Assembly (NCBI RefSeq): GCF_006345805.1
Contig: NC_042999.1
Location: forward strand, 146,010,001-146,074,000
Length of the DNA: 64,000 nt
Origin: Octopus sinensis
Lineage: Eukaryota
Direction of reading: 5' to 3'
A model generated the notes under the pieces. That model was not told where the DNA came from. It ran no database searches and saw nothing but the letters and a program-made list of their open reading frames with translations. A program made the position numbers and the translations under genes. This document shows positions 42,513 to 55,639 of the stretch, in pieces; within the stretch, counting starts at the first letter, position 1; each line of letters begins with the position of its first letter.

Positions 42513-42532
42513 CATAGATAGATTGATAGATT

Positions 42533-42590
<58 letters not shown>

Positions 42591-42692
42591 TATATATATA
42601 TATATATAGATAGATACATACATACATACATACATACATACATACATACATACATACTACATACATACATACATACATACATACATACATAC
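42390..42692. repeat. Compound (TATG)n-(TA)n-(GATA)n-(GACA)n-(TA)n-(CATA)n microsatellite
   Basis: Direct reading. Confidence 0.95.
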
Positions 42693-42729
42693 TTTATTTA
42701 AAAGCAGCAGAAATATAACATACATACAT

Positions 42730-43090
42730 AAAGAGAATGCCTATGCTGAACTATTGAGAAACCTGCAGTTACTCTATCCAGATTACAAGTTCAGGTTTAT
42801 ACCTGTAATTAGTGGGGCCCTGGTATATGTAACACACTGCCTAAATACCAATCGTGAGAAATTAGGATTCTGAAAACTAGAAAGCTGATTCGAAAACTAC
42901 AGATCCATTCCCTCACTGGAATTGTAAAAGTCTGTAAAACTTTCCAGAAGTTTATAATTTAAATATATATGAGCAAGTCTAGATATGTAACTATATGCAT
43001 GAGAATACATACATTAAATATACAAATTTGCACATACATACATACATACATACATACATACATACATACATACATACATACATACATACA
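42730..43090 (+). mobile_element. 3' end of an R4/Dong-like non-LTR element (REL-domain C-terminus)
   Basis: ENAYAELLRNLQLLYPDYKFRFIPVISGALVYV...GIVKVCKTFQKFII*, resembling the IP.V.GALG motif of R4-clade elements. (CATA)n on both flanks. Confidence 0.7.
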
Positions 43091-43120
43091 AAAATACCCT
43101 GTTGTTGATGTTGAAATTCT

Positions 43121-43549
43121 GGATCTTTTCGCTTTGACCGGCAGATTTTTAAAATAATTTCTTTGTAACTAAACACTTTTAAACTTCGTATACTGGTAGA
43201 ATGTGTTTATAAAACATCTTTTTCTCCTGGCTTTCTTCAGAAAATTCTGTAGTTTGTAAGCTATTTGTTGTTTAATTTCTTGCATTTCGGCAATTTCCAC
43301 CAATCAGTGACGACTATTGAGGTGAATATCCGGAGAGATTGTATTCACCTCAATAGACGTCATTAATTGGTTGAAATTGCCGAAATGCAAGAAATTAAAC
43401 AACAAATAGCTTACAAACTACAGAATTTTCTCAAGAAAGCCAAGAGAAAAAGATGTTTTATAAACACATTCTACCAATATACGAAGTTTAAAAGTGTTTA
43501 GTTAGAAAGAAATTATTTTAAATATCTGCCGGTCAAAACGAAAAAATCC
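43121..43549. mobile_element. Foldback (near-perfect palindromic) MITE, possibly Mutator-like
   Basis: Two ~208-bp inverted arms with a ~13-bp loop (tccggagagattg). Direct repeat GAAATTCT at 43113-43120 and 43550-43557. Confidence 0.9.
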
Positions 43550-44739
43550 GAAATTCTTTCTCTATTGTCAAGAAATCTTGAAATAATCTGAATAATGACA
43601 CACACACACATTCATGTATTGTACGTTTAACTTGGAAAATTGTTAAAATTTACTCCATTTTCTGTACGGACACAATTACACGTCTATATCATATTTTACA
43701 ATTTCTTTAAACGCTGAATTCTCTAATCAGAGATTTTTAAATGCGGGAGAACACCTGTTGCTATTTTATGTATCTGTTTCTTTATCGATTTATTTTAGTC
43801 TGTATTTGCTTTCTTGCTTTATGTATTGTTTCCACATTTTCCCTTTACTTTTATAAAATCTCAAACATGACGGCGACTCGAACACTACCGGAGTTGCCAA
43901 TCTTCGTGATTTGTAATATATAATTATTATCTTGTGATTAGGTGCACTGATTGCTATGTTCTGTTTTACTTTATGAACGGTTTGTTTGCTTCTACTTAAG
44001 CACTGTCCTTTTGTGAATACTGTATTGTTCTATTGCTTTACCTCCTAACTTGTTTCAATATCCGCAATTCACTAGTGCTTGCTTTATTCTATTAATTTCA
44101 ATTGCTGAGTTCTTGTGTAAAAGAATCTAAATGCTCTTTTGTGAATGGATTTTATATCTTCTACGTGAGTCATTATCGCTGCACATATCAGTACCTTTTA
44201 TATAAACGGGTGCGAAATATTTGTGGCTGTTCTTGACATTGTTTAGCTCCCGGTCAGTTCTGAATGACGTTACCAAATGTAACTTTATCCAATGCGTCTT
44301 TCCATTTTTTTTTTTTTTGTAAGTAATAGGATATAATTTGAGAAACATGTTTCAAATATTTCTTGCAGGTCAAACCATTTATTTTTTCTTTCTTTATACA
44401 GCAATTGCTTTTTATTTCTATAACATATCAAAATAGAATTGTTGTGTCATTTGGAAATTTTGCTGAAGCTGCTACGTATATTAAATCTGAAAATAATTGT
44501 TTTCCCGATTTTTCGTTAACTTCTTGATCCCCTTGGATGTGTCCATTATCATAAATATATTTGATGTTACTTCTCACAAGCGTTACTTTGTGGTTAGGAA
44601 GATTCTATTGCAGCTATGTGACTTTGGGTTCAGTCGCATTGCACGACGCTTCAGGCAGGTGACTTCTACTATAGCCCCAAACCGACCAATGGTCAATTTT
44701 TTGCTTTTTGCCAAATAAACACACACACTATATATACTA

Positions 44740-45030
44740 TTCTACTTTAGACACAAAGCCCGAAAGTTTTGGAGAGGAAGACAGTCGATTAGATTGACTC
44801 CAGTACACAACTGGTACTTAATTTATCGACCTCGAAAAGATGAAAAGTAAAGTCGACCTTGGCGGAATTTGAACTCAGAACGTAAAGACAGGCGAAATAC
44901 CTATTTCTTTACTACCCAAAAGGTGCTAAACACAGAGAGGACAAACAAAGACAGACAGACAAACGGATTAAGGCGAGTATATCGACCCCAGTGCGTAACT
45001 GGTACTTATTTAATCGACCCCGAAAGGATG
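44740..45030 (-). mobile_element. SINE dimer
   Basis: Two core units joined by gcgaaatacc|tatttcttta, the same junction as in the triple array. Confidence 0.8.
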
Positions 45031-45174
45031 AAATATATATATAATGATAATAATAATACTAATATATATAATAATAATAATAATAATAATATATATATAT
45101 AGTTAATGTACACTTCAAAGTCTTACGCCACCCCCATCTCCTTCCATAAAAGGTAGTGGTCATTCATTGCAAGA

Positions 45175-45650
45175 TATGTTAGTGTAGCGTATGCGGTTTG
45201 AACTTGAGTTTTATTGTTTGTCTATGAATCCTGCCAAACGCGAGTTTTCTTTTCAGGTTCATGATGCTACTAGGGCCAATACCTCCCACTCCATCAGGGT
45301 TGGCACCCTCAACATTGGCACACTGAAAGGCAGGTCTGGCGAGATCGTTGAATTGCTTGAACGGAGGTGTATTGATATATGCTGCATTCAAGAAGTGAGG
45401 TGGAGAGGAGGTTCTGCTAGATTTCTCAAAGGCAAAGGACAGAGGTACAAGATTTTCTGGGCTGGGAATACTGACGGGGTCGGGGGTGTGGGTATACTTA
45501 TCGCCGAAAAATTGGTAGATAAAGTAATCGAGGTAGTCAGAGTATGTGACAGAATACTTAAGATTAGATTAGTGCTCCATCATAGTCTAGCAACTATTAT
45601 ATCGGCCTATGCCCCTCAGCCAGGCTACCCGATGGACACAGACCATTTCT
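45175..45650 (+). mobile_element. RTE LINE 5' fragment with APE endonuclease N-terminus
   Basis: ORF 45191-45712: RVGTLNIGTLKGRSGEIVELLERRCIDICCIQEVRW...GVGGVGILI...IISAYAPQ, typical APE motifs. Homology stops abruptly after YAPQ. Confidence 0.9.
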
Positions 45651-46274
45651 ATGACATATATTATAACACGAGGCGTGGGGCTGAAATAAACAAAGTAAAA
45701 GTCATAACATAAATAGAGATAAACAGGGGAAACTAAAGATCAATCAATTGCACAGAAACATTTCTGGTAGGTACGGGCTGAATTAAATTAAATTGCTTAG
45801 CTGGAATTCATTTTTCGGACGAAGTTGACAGCAACAATTTGAATCGAATATATATATATATATATCAGGTGTTATGTTAAGCAACTTTGAAATAAAAGCT
45901 ATCCTAACTATACCAGTATTAAAAAGTATAAAAAACATTAAATATTAAATATGTTTAAAAGTGTAATTAAAAGATAGAAAATTTGACGAAATAATTTCAT
46001 TAAGATATTTTTCTCCTTTTCACTAACATAGTCATATGGATTCTGGTAAGACAATTCTGTCTCTTGTCATTGAGACAAACAATCAACCTCTAATTGATGT
46101 GGGACGGTGGGGTATGTGCGTGGGTGTGCATGCATATGTGTATTTGTATGCATGAAGATGTGTGTATGTGCACGCATGCATGTGTGTGTGTGTATGTACC
46201 ATGCTGAGTCAAAAGTTTTTTTTAAGATTTTCATTAATGAATTTTGGCAACTTGTATCTCCATGTTATATTATT

Positions 46275-46547
46275 AATTTAATAGCCTCGCCTGGCCCCCG
46301 TGCCGGTGGCACGTAAAAGCACCATCCGTTCGTGGCCGTTTGCCAGCTCTGTCTGGCACCTGTGCAGGTGGCACGTAAAAAGCACCCACTACACTCACGG
46401 AGTGAGTGTAGAAACACTGCCAGATCCAGCCATAGAAACACTGCCAGATCAGACTGGGCCTGAAGCAGCCTTCTGGCTTCACAAACCCCAGTTGAACCAT
46501 CCAACCCATGCTAACATGGAAAGCGGACGTTAAATGATGATGATGAT
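46275..46547 (+). mobile_element. RTE 3' UTR remnant
   Basis: Same modules and (GAT)n tail as 16780-17152. Confidence 0.85.
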
Positions 46548-46736
46548 ATATATATAGTGAATATGCTTGGAATACACATTAACATAACTGAACATTGTTA
46601 ATCCTTAAGACATAGTGTTAAGCATTTATGTTAGGAATTAATGTTTGCATTCAAGGCATTAAGTTGTGTTTCACCTCACACTAAGCAGTGTCACTGTCAT
46701 CTGGTTCTAATTCCCAGGTGAATCAATTTTAATTCA

Positions 46737-46793
<57 letters not shown>

Positions 46794-47044
46794 ATTAGAA
46801 AATTGAGAACTTGATTGTATACAGATAAATTTACTAATTAATATATTCACCAATATGTTGATTAATTAATAAATTAATTTGTAACTATTAGATCTCACTG
46901 ATTTCCAACTCGATAAAAATGTTTGATATGTTACGGTATTCTATATAATATATTCATTGAAGAATTATCGCTTCAATATTTGAGATATTAAACCAGTGCA
47001 TCTTGGATGAATATCCCTATATGAGGTTTAAATATCCTTATTGT

Positions 47045-47300
47045 AACTATATATATATATACATTGATTCATATATATATATGAATTAATATATGTGCCT
47101 ATATATATATATATGTATATATACATATATATATATATGTATATATACATATATATATATATGTATATATACATATATATAGATATATATGTATATATAC
47201 ATATATAGATATATATGTATATATACATATATAGTTATATATGTATGTATATATATATATATATATATATAGATATATATATATATATATATATATATAT
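47045..47300. repeat. TA-rich compound microsatellite
   Basis: Direct reading. Confidence 0.9.
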
Positions 47301-47629
47301 CCACACATGCATATATGTCTATGCAGCCAATACTCTCATAAATGGTGTGTTCTTACCACCTAATCTCTATGAATTTCTCCCTAGATATGAATTCAAATTT
47401 ATATTCATTGTTATGAGATACACATTAACATACCAACATTTCTCCAGATATTTCTACCTAAGTAGTTTCCTGAAAATTTATATTTATTGGGTTACATCAT
47501 ATACTCTTCTAGAAATCTGAGCCTTATTATGTAGTCATAATATACATTTATCGTGCATTATACCTTAATCCCTATAATTCTGTACCTTTTTAAGGATTCA
47601 ATATTTGTATTTATTATGAATGAAAAGCA

Positions 47630-47880
47630 CTGGCGAGAGTACTGGTGCCACATAAAAAACACTGGAACTGGTGCCATGTAAAAAGCACTGTTGTTGGTGC
47701 TATTTAAAAAAACACCCAGCACACTCTGCAGAGTGGTTGGCATTAAGAAGGGCATCCAACTGTAGAAACCAAACCAAAACAAACTATAGAACTTGGTGTG
47801 GTCCTAAGTCGTGCCAGTTCCTGTCAAGCCATCTAGCTCATTCCAGCGTGGAAAACAAACATTAAATGTTGATTATGATG
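47630..47880 (+). mobile_element. Diverged RTE 3' UTR remnant
   Basis: aaaagcac modules, gagtggttggcattaagaagggcatccaactgtagaaac, degenerate tail. Confidence 0.7.
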
Positions 47881-47892
47881 GTGGTGTGTGGT

Positions 47893-50123
47893 ATATACAT
47901 ACATACATACATACATACTTTATTTAAAAGCACAGAAATATAACAAAAGCTGTTTACTCAGAGTTTCATGTTACATTTAGGGTTCTTCTCTTTTTCTTTC
48001 CCCCTCTCTACGTTTAAGATATACTTCCTATCTCTCTTGTCTGTTATAACTGACTTCTATATGTATACACCAAGAGATTTTGTGCGCGTGCAGGTTGCTG
48101 GCTTATATGTATATGTGTATTTGTGCGTACATACATACATACATACATACCAATACAAAGAATACTTGTAGAAAATTCCTATCAAAAACGGATACCAAGG
48201 ACAAACTTAATAGGTTTGACCAGGGGCGGCTTGAAGATACTGGCAACTTGGGCAGTTGCCCGGAGCGCCATGTGCTAAGGGCGCCAAAGAGGGCGTGACA
48301 AAGACAAGAAAATTTCCATGACCGTCAGCTTGTCCAAGCTGAAATTCAGCTTGCTCAGGGCGCCAGCAATCGAAGGCCGACCCTGGGTCTGACAAATATC
48401 TGGAGCAAAAAGAAAAGCCAGATGTAGGAATACAAGTCAGCTGCTTGCAGTTGAGAATATCTCTTTCAAAATCAGCTAGGAGAATATTTATGGGTAACTA
48501 TTACAAAACCTGAAGCTTCTCCACTTTGAGCATGTCTCTTGATATCACTCTTTTCAGCAATTCAGCAATTATTTATAAAACTAATATCCCCCAAAACGTA
48601 TCGCATACACGTAGTAGAGTTGTTTTCTCTTTCATACTGCAGCCAGTTCTTCTCATATCTAGTTTTGTCCTAACTCAATTATGCTCCCTTGTTAACATAT
48701 ACTGACATTATGCAACCCGTAGAGCACGCGTTCTTCATTCCTTTCTGTCACATATATTCGGCATTAAAAATTGTTGTATCACTACAATGCACCATCATAT
48801 TTGGTACCAAAGCATTGTACAACTCGTCCATTACTCGGAGAGATAAACCTTTAATTGCTCGCAGAAATGTTATCTCCCTGAACATTTTACCTTCCTTTTA
48901 TCTTTTACTTGTTTCAGTCATGAGACTGCGGCCGTGCTGGGACACTGTCTTCCAGAATTTTTAGTCAAATGAATCGACTCCAGAACATTTTTTTAAAACC
49001 TCGTACTTATTCCATCGGTTTCTTTTACTGAACTGCAAAGTTACGAGGACGTAAACACATCAACACCGGTAGTCGGGCGTGGTCGGGGACAAACACAGAC
49101 ACAAATATTGGTTTCAGTTTCTTGACTGCGGCCATGCTGGGGCATCGCCTTTAGTCGAACAAATCGGCCTCCAGGACTTATTTTTTGTAAGCCAAGTACT
49201 TATTCTATCGTTCTCTTTTGCTGAACCGCTAAGTTATGTGGACGTAAACACACCAACATCGGTTGTCAAGCGATGGTGGTGTGTGTATGTGTGTGTGTGT
49301 GGGGGGGGGGGACAAACAAGGGCACACAAAAAAATACATATATATATATATATTACGAAGGGCTTTTTTCAGTTTCCGCTTAGCAAATCCGCTCATCCAC
49401 TCACAAGGCGTTAGCCGGTCCGATGCTAAAGTAGACGATACTTGCCTGAGGTGCCACGCAATGGGACTGAAGCAAGAACCATGTGGTTGGGAAGCAACCA
49501 TCTTACCACACAGCCACGCCAGCACCTATGGTAACTATGCTTCCGAAACATCCATCTTCAGTTATAATTAGGTTACCTGTTGCAGCTTAGCAATCTTATT
49601 ATTGGTATGTATTACAGTAAACAGAATATTTTAACTCTTCAACTTGTGGAAGTATTACACTTACATAATGACAAATTTGTGAATTCTAAGAAAAAGACTA
49701 TCGTAGTAGTTTTTTTACATCTCTCTTAATAATGTAGCGAAAATGCTACAACGATCAAATCAAAATAGTAAGTCAGACTTAGGTTAGTAGATATTTGATT
49801 TTCCTGTATGGTATTCTTTTCTACTCTAGGCACCAGGCCCGAAATTTTGGGGGAGGTGGCCAGTCGATTAGATCGATCCCAGTATGCAACAGGTATTTAA
49901 TTCATCGATCCCGAAAGGATGAAAGGCAAAGTCGTCCTCGCTGGAATTTGAAAAGAGAACGTAAAGACAGACGAATTATCTTGTATGGTATTCACAGACA
50001 TAAGATATCAAGATATTTGTTTAATAAAATGAGTAAAGCCATTGAAAATGCTGACAGTTTTGAAGTAGATATCTGTCTAGAATGATGACCATTATCATTT
50101 CATGGCATTATCATTGACATTAT

Positions 50124-50205
<82 letters not shown>

Positions 50206-53200
50206 TGTGTTTGCTTTGACATTTTAACTCTGTTTTCTATCAAATAAAATAAATAATTTACTTAACCATTTCTAGCCTGTAGATTCATACAAACATACAT
50301 ACATGCGTACATACATATATAAATACACATATGTATGCATACATACACACACGTGCGCGTGCACACAAGAGTTTTTATACTAACCATGATACTCCCATGG
50401 AATCTAACCAAATGAGGTTTATTTTCCAATATTGTCCCCTTTGCGGTCAACACACTTCATCCATAGGTGTTGCAGTGCTTAGAAATATGGATAACTATAC
50501 TGAGAAGTAATATTTACCACCAAATCAATATGTTTGTTCGACGTTAACACAGTTTTTAACCCCAGGAAGAGCCTCTGCACCCTTTCAAATTTTATAGAGA
50601 TTTTCCAACCAGCTGCTCTGCTTGTTGTAAGATCAGTGACTGATTGTCGCTTGGTTTTCTATATATTGCGAACTGCAGCAAATTACTGCTATCTCTAGCG
50701 GCCGGGTGTGCACCAGTCGACGATGGACACAGATAGCCTGAAACTGTTTGGTCTGTAGGTTCCATCCAACCGCCCCTCAAGCTTCTTTGATAACGTCCAG
50801 GTTTTTGAGCCATATAGTAGAATTGGTTCGACTGTGGCTTTGAAAGTTTCAAGTTTGAAGTCTCTACTTAGATTTGATGACCAGATCTTATGCATATCAT
50901 TACAGGCTGACCAGGCCATACCCTTTCTAGTTAGAACGTCTTTTCCAGATGATGATAACCAAAATGCAAATATATGGGAAACTACCACCTGTGTCATCTC
51001 TTGTGAAAGGTAGGAGAGTCCAGTTTGCTGGACATCGTTGCAGAGCTGAAAACGAGGCAATTTCTACTCTTCTCCTCTGGAAGCCATCTACTCACGATAC
51101 CAGAGGGCGCACACTCTCCTACCCTGATATAATCTCCAGGGATACATGCATCCAACAACAGGACCTCCGTAATGCTATGATGGACCGTGAAGTCTGGCGT
51201 AGCATGGTAAAATCCATTGTCTTGACTAAGTTCGAACAATGATGATGATGATGATGTTTGGTCTGATGATCCCGTCGTCTGCTGGATAATGGTTGGGGTT
51301 TGCTTCTCTTCTTGCAGTATACACTGGGAGCATATTGCATCGATAGGCAACTGGAGGAGGCTCCTCATGGGGTTAAAAACGTTGAACAGCCATAATGATG
51401 TTGCGATAAACATTATTTATATAGTCAATTCAAATAAACGGATAAAAAAATGAAAAAAAAAAGAAAAAACGAACGTGAGAACGTGCACAAGATGTATTTT
51501 AGCTTGACGCTCGGTGAAAGGAGAGAGTTAAACGGATCTTTACCTTTTGACTGGCAGACTTATAAAATAATTTTTTGTAACTAAACACTTTCAAACTTCG
51601 TATACTGGTAGAATGTGTCATATAAAATATCTTTTATCCTTAGCGTTTTTGAGAAAAGTTTATATTTACGAAGTTAGTTCATTTTAAAGTTTTCGGTATT
51701 TCGGTGTTTTCAACCAATAAATGTCGTGTATTCAGCAGAATAAATTTACTGCCGTTGTTTGTCAACAACTTCCGGCGGTATATATTTCGTTTGCCACTGT
51801 GATTTTCATCGTTATTGTCGAGATTGCTCTTTAGAAAATACACATCTTTTCACATCAGCTGCAAAGTTTTTCAGACGCCAAATCTCAGTAAACGGAGGAG
51901 ACAATAATTCGTATTGCTTCTCAGAAACCGGGAGCACAAGACTTTTAGAAAATCTAGAATAGTGTGTTTAATAGCAGTAAATCTATGATTTCTCCTGTCT
52001 TCCCTGGTTACAAAGTAATAACTTTTAAAGACAGAACTGAATGACTTGTCTTGTTATTTGCGATTTCAATCGAAATTATATATCACATTGATCAGTACTT
52101 GTTCACGTATTAAAATTTTTGTAATTTGTTACTCTGAAACGGTCTTAAAATTTAGTAGCTTCTTAGAATGTGCATGTTAGCTTATGGTCTGTCACTTTTT
52201 GAGCCTTGTCTTGTGCGTATTTCGGTATATTCATCTATTCCAATCATGGGCAAACTGCGACCTGCGGGTCTTTCTGAATGGCACACCTAATTTCAAGAGG
52301 AAAAAAGCCTGATGGTGAGCCATTTCTCAAGCGGCCTACTTTTCGACAAATAATTGCCTACGCCCGTTCTATTCTATAATTTGTGTACATATGTTTCATA
52401 TACTAAGTTTTATGTGTGGTTTGTGTAGTTTTAATAGGTGAAATATACCCTATCACATATGTTTGACATTGTCTGCTGTATTTGAAGGGTATATATATTT
52501 TTGGTATTGTTTTGTGCCTTAGTCAGAAGGGATTCTGAGGTATGGCTGTACACTTAAGAAGCCTGATTTGCAATCACATGGCTTCGGATTAAGTCCCGTT
52601 GCACGACACCTTTGGAAAATATCTTCTACTATAGTTCTGGGTCGACCAATACATTGTCAAGGAATTTTGTAGACAGAAATCGTGTGGAAGCGGCGAGCTG
52701 GCAGAAACCTTAGCACGCTGGGCGAAATGCTTAGCGGTATTTCGTCTGCCGTTACATTCTGAGTTCAAATTCCGCCGAGGTCGACTTTGCCTTTTATCCT
52801 TTCGGGGTCGATAAATTAAGTACCAGTTACGCACTGGGGTCGATATAATCGACTTAATACCTATGTCTGTCTTTGTTTGTTCTCTCTGTGTTTAGCCCCC
52901 TGTGGGTAATAAAGAAATAGGTATTTCGTCTACCGTTACGTTCTGAGTTCAAATTCCGCCGAGGTCGACTTTGCCTTTCATCCTTTCGGGGTCGATAAAT
53001 TAAGTACCAGTTACGCACTGGGGTCGATATAATCGACTTAATCCGTTTGTCTGTCTTTGTTTGTCCTCTCTGTGTTTAGCCCCCTGTGGGTAATAAAGAA
53101 ATAGGTATTTCGTCTGCCGTTACGTTCTGAGTTCAAATTCCGCCGAGGTCGACTTTGCCATTCATCCTTTCAGGGTCGATTAAATAAGTACCAGTTCATT

Positions 53201-53530
53201 TTACATGAACGTTAATAGCTCAAACGAAAAGAAAATGTGCTCGCAAAAATTTTTTGTAGCACGTTCGAAACTGACGAGTGATAATACACGTATTGGTACA
53301 CAACTTGAAAAGAAATTTATAAAAATAAACAAAACGTTGGGGATATAAATGTTTTTCTGCTTGTTTCTCATTGCTCCCCCACACACACACACACATACAC
53401 ACACACGCACATTTAATTTTAAAATCGTGTCAAATATAATCGATTTAATCCGTTTGCCTGTCCTTGTTTGTTCCCTCTATGTTTAGCCCCTTGTGGGCAA
53501 TAAAGAAATAAGAAACTGTGTGGAAGCCCA

Positions 53531-53572
<42 letters not shown>

Positions 53573-54537
53573 CCGTCCGTGTTTGTTTCCCCACAAAAGC
53601 TTGTCAACTAATGCTGTTTTGTTTACGTCCTCCTAATGTTCAGGTTCGACAAAAAAGACCAACAGAATAAGCATAAGATTTTTTTTTAAAAGTACGTACT
53701 GGTGTTAATTTGTTCGACTAAAACCCTTCAAGGTGGTGCCCCAGCATGACCGCAATCCAGTGACGGAAAAACAAATCAAGGATAAAAGAAAGATAAAGAA
53801 AGAAGATCTGTTGCGGTGTCAATTTGATATTTTGTTTTCTTCCCGCAAATGATTACTTAAGTATAATGAATCTAGAGAGAAGTTTTCAATCAAAGTTGGC
53901 TTCCACTTTAAGCCAAACTGATTCTGTTATTGATTTATACATATCAGATAAATACCGTAAATTTCACTCTTTTGTATTTTGTCAATTGAAGTTTTTCAAA
54001 ACTCTAGATATCATGCTTAGCAACATAATTATCTTTGAAATTTTGCTTAAGACCTTTAATTTGAACTGGTTTTGAAGTCCAAAGTTCTCTGCGTTGCACG
54101 TTTAACTTTATAAGAATGATATATCTCTTTTCCCACCCCCTCATTCAATACTTAAATTTCAAAAGGAAGTTCTTGAAAGTATGCTTCAACGCTTTCTACC
54201 TGATAACTGACGTTGTTGTTTTAAACTTGCAAGCAACTTCTCCATATTATTTACATAATAGACTGAAGACACCCACGTTTAGTGGTCTTCATTTATTAGA
54301 ACCGACTAGTGTTACTTCATCGGGTCATATAAATTTTAGATTACTGCTGGTACTTGACGATCGTGACAATAGTGATTACTTTCAACATTCTTGTTTCCTT
54401 TTTACTCAAGCAACACAATCAGAAATTTTCCTTTTCATAGCTGCAGTTCTATCAGAGTAAATATTTGTGAACAAGTCATTACGAAATTATATTTTTCCAT
54501 ATATTAAGTTTTACATTATTTTCTAAAGGTTTGTAGA
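47893..54537 (-). repeat. Right arm of the inverted duplication, ending at the assembly gap
   Basis: Reverse complement of 35824-42430 with scattered SNPs, indels and microsatellite length differences. Confidence 0.97.
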
Positions 54538-54637
54538 NNNNNNNNNNNNNNNNNNNNNNNNNNNNNNNNNNNNNNNNNNNNNNNNNNNNNNNNNNNNNNN
54601 NNNNNNNNNNNNNNNNNNNNNNNNNNNNNNNNNNNNN
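54538..54637. other. Assembly gap (100 N)
   Basis: Run of exactly 100 N, typical of a placeholder scaffold gap of unknown size. Confidence 0.99.
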
Positions 54638-55072
54638 ATCGTTATAGATATTTAAGATCTATCTCCCTTACAGGGCTGATTAGAAATTGGCTGCCGGTTC
54701 TTCGCGGGGTTTCTCTCCCCCTCTTTTTACATTGTCTGTCTGGACTCCTCTTCCTACTCCTCGACATGCCTATGCATACTTTAGCTAGTAACCTGCCTCA
54801 CTCTTGATTCCGAATTCCTTTTGCCAAGTCTGTACGTAAACGAAGTGATCCCAAGATAAGAAATCTTTGAACTTTAATTCATCCGTATCTCTATTTATTA
54901 TTATTATTTATTAATTATTATTATTCTGATCTCCCTAGTCGCCACTCTGTTTACTATTTCAGCCTCGCCTCGTTTTTGCATATTCTGTATAATTCACTAG
55001 TTATCGTTATAGATATTTAAGATCTATCTCCCTTACAGGGCTGATTAGAAATTGGCTGCCGGTTCTTCGCGG
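54638..55072. repeat. 70-bp direct repeat with 365-bp period next to the gap
   Basis: atcgttatagatatttaag...ccggttcttcgcgg is present at 54638-54707 and 55003-55072. Confidence 0.9.
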
Positions 55073-55174
55073 CGCGCCCGCCCAACCCACCCCCACCACC
55101 AATACCCACCCCCACCACCAATACCGGATATCTCTATTTTGCTCCAACTATACCGGATGTCGTTTCTCTTTTCT

Positions 55175-55632
55175 CCCCCCATTATAGGTGTCTACTCTTT
55201 GAACCCCTCTCTTCAATACGCTATTTCACCATGCATTACCCCTCTCGATATCCTACGTTCTACTTGCCTAGAACCTGTCCTCTGAAACTGGTGCTCCCCT
55301 ATATTTCTGCACCCCCCCACCACCATTATAGGTGTCTACTCTTTGAACCCCCCTCTTCAATACGCTATTTCACCATGCATTACCCCTCTCTCGATATCCT
55401 ACGTTCTACTTGCCTAGACCTGTCCTCTGAACCACCCCCCCTCCCACTGGTGCTCCCCTATATTTCTGCACCCCCCCACCACCATTATAGTGTCTACTCT
55501 TTGAACCCCCCTCTTCAATACGCTATTTCACCATGCATTACCCTCTCTCGATATCCTACGTTCTACTTGCCTATTACCTGTCCTCTGAACCACCCCTCCC
55601 ACTGGTGCTCCCCTATATTTCTGCACCCCCCC
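55175..55632. repeat. Minisatellite, three ~145-160 bp units
   Basis: Unit attatag(g)tgtctactctttgaaccc...caatacgctatttcaccatgcattaccc...ctggtgctcccctatatttctgcacccccc starts at ~55181, 55325 and 55484. Confidence 0.9.
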
Positions 55633-55639
55633 CATAAAA

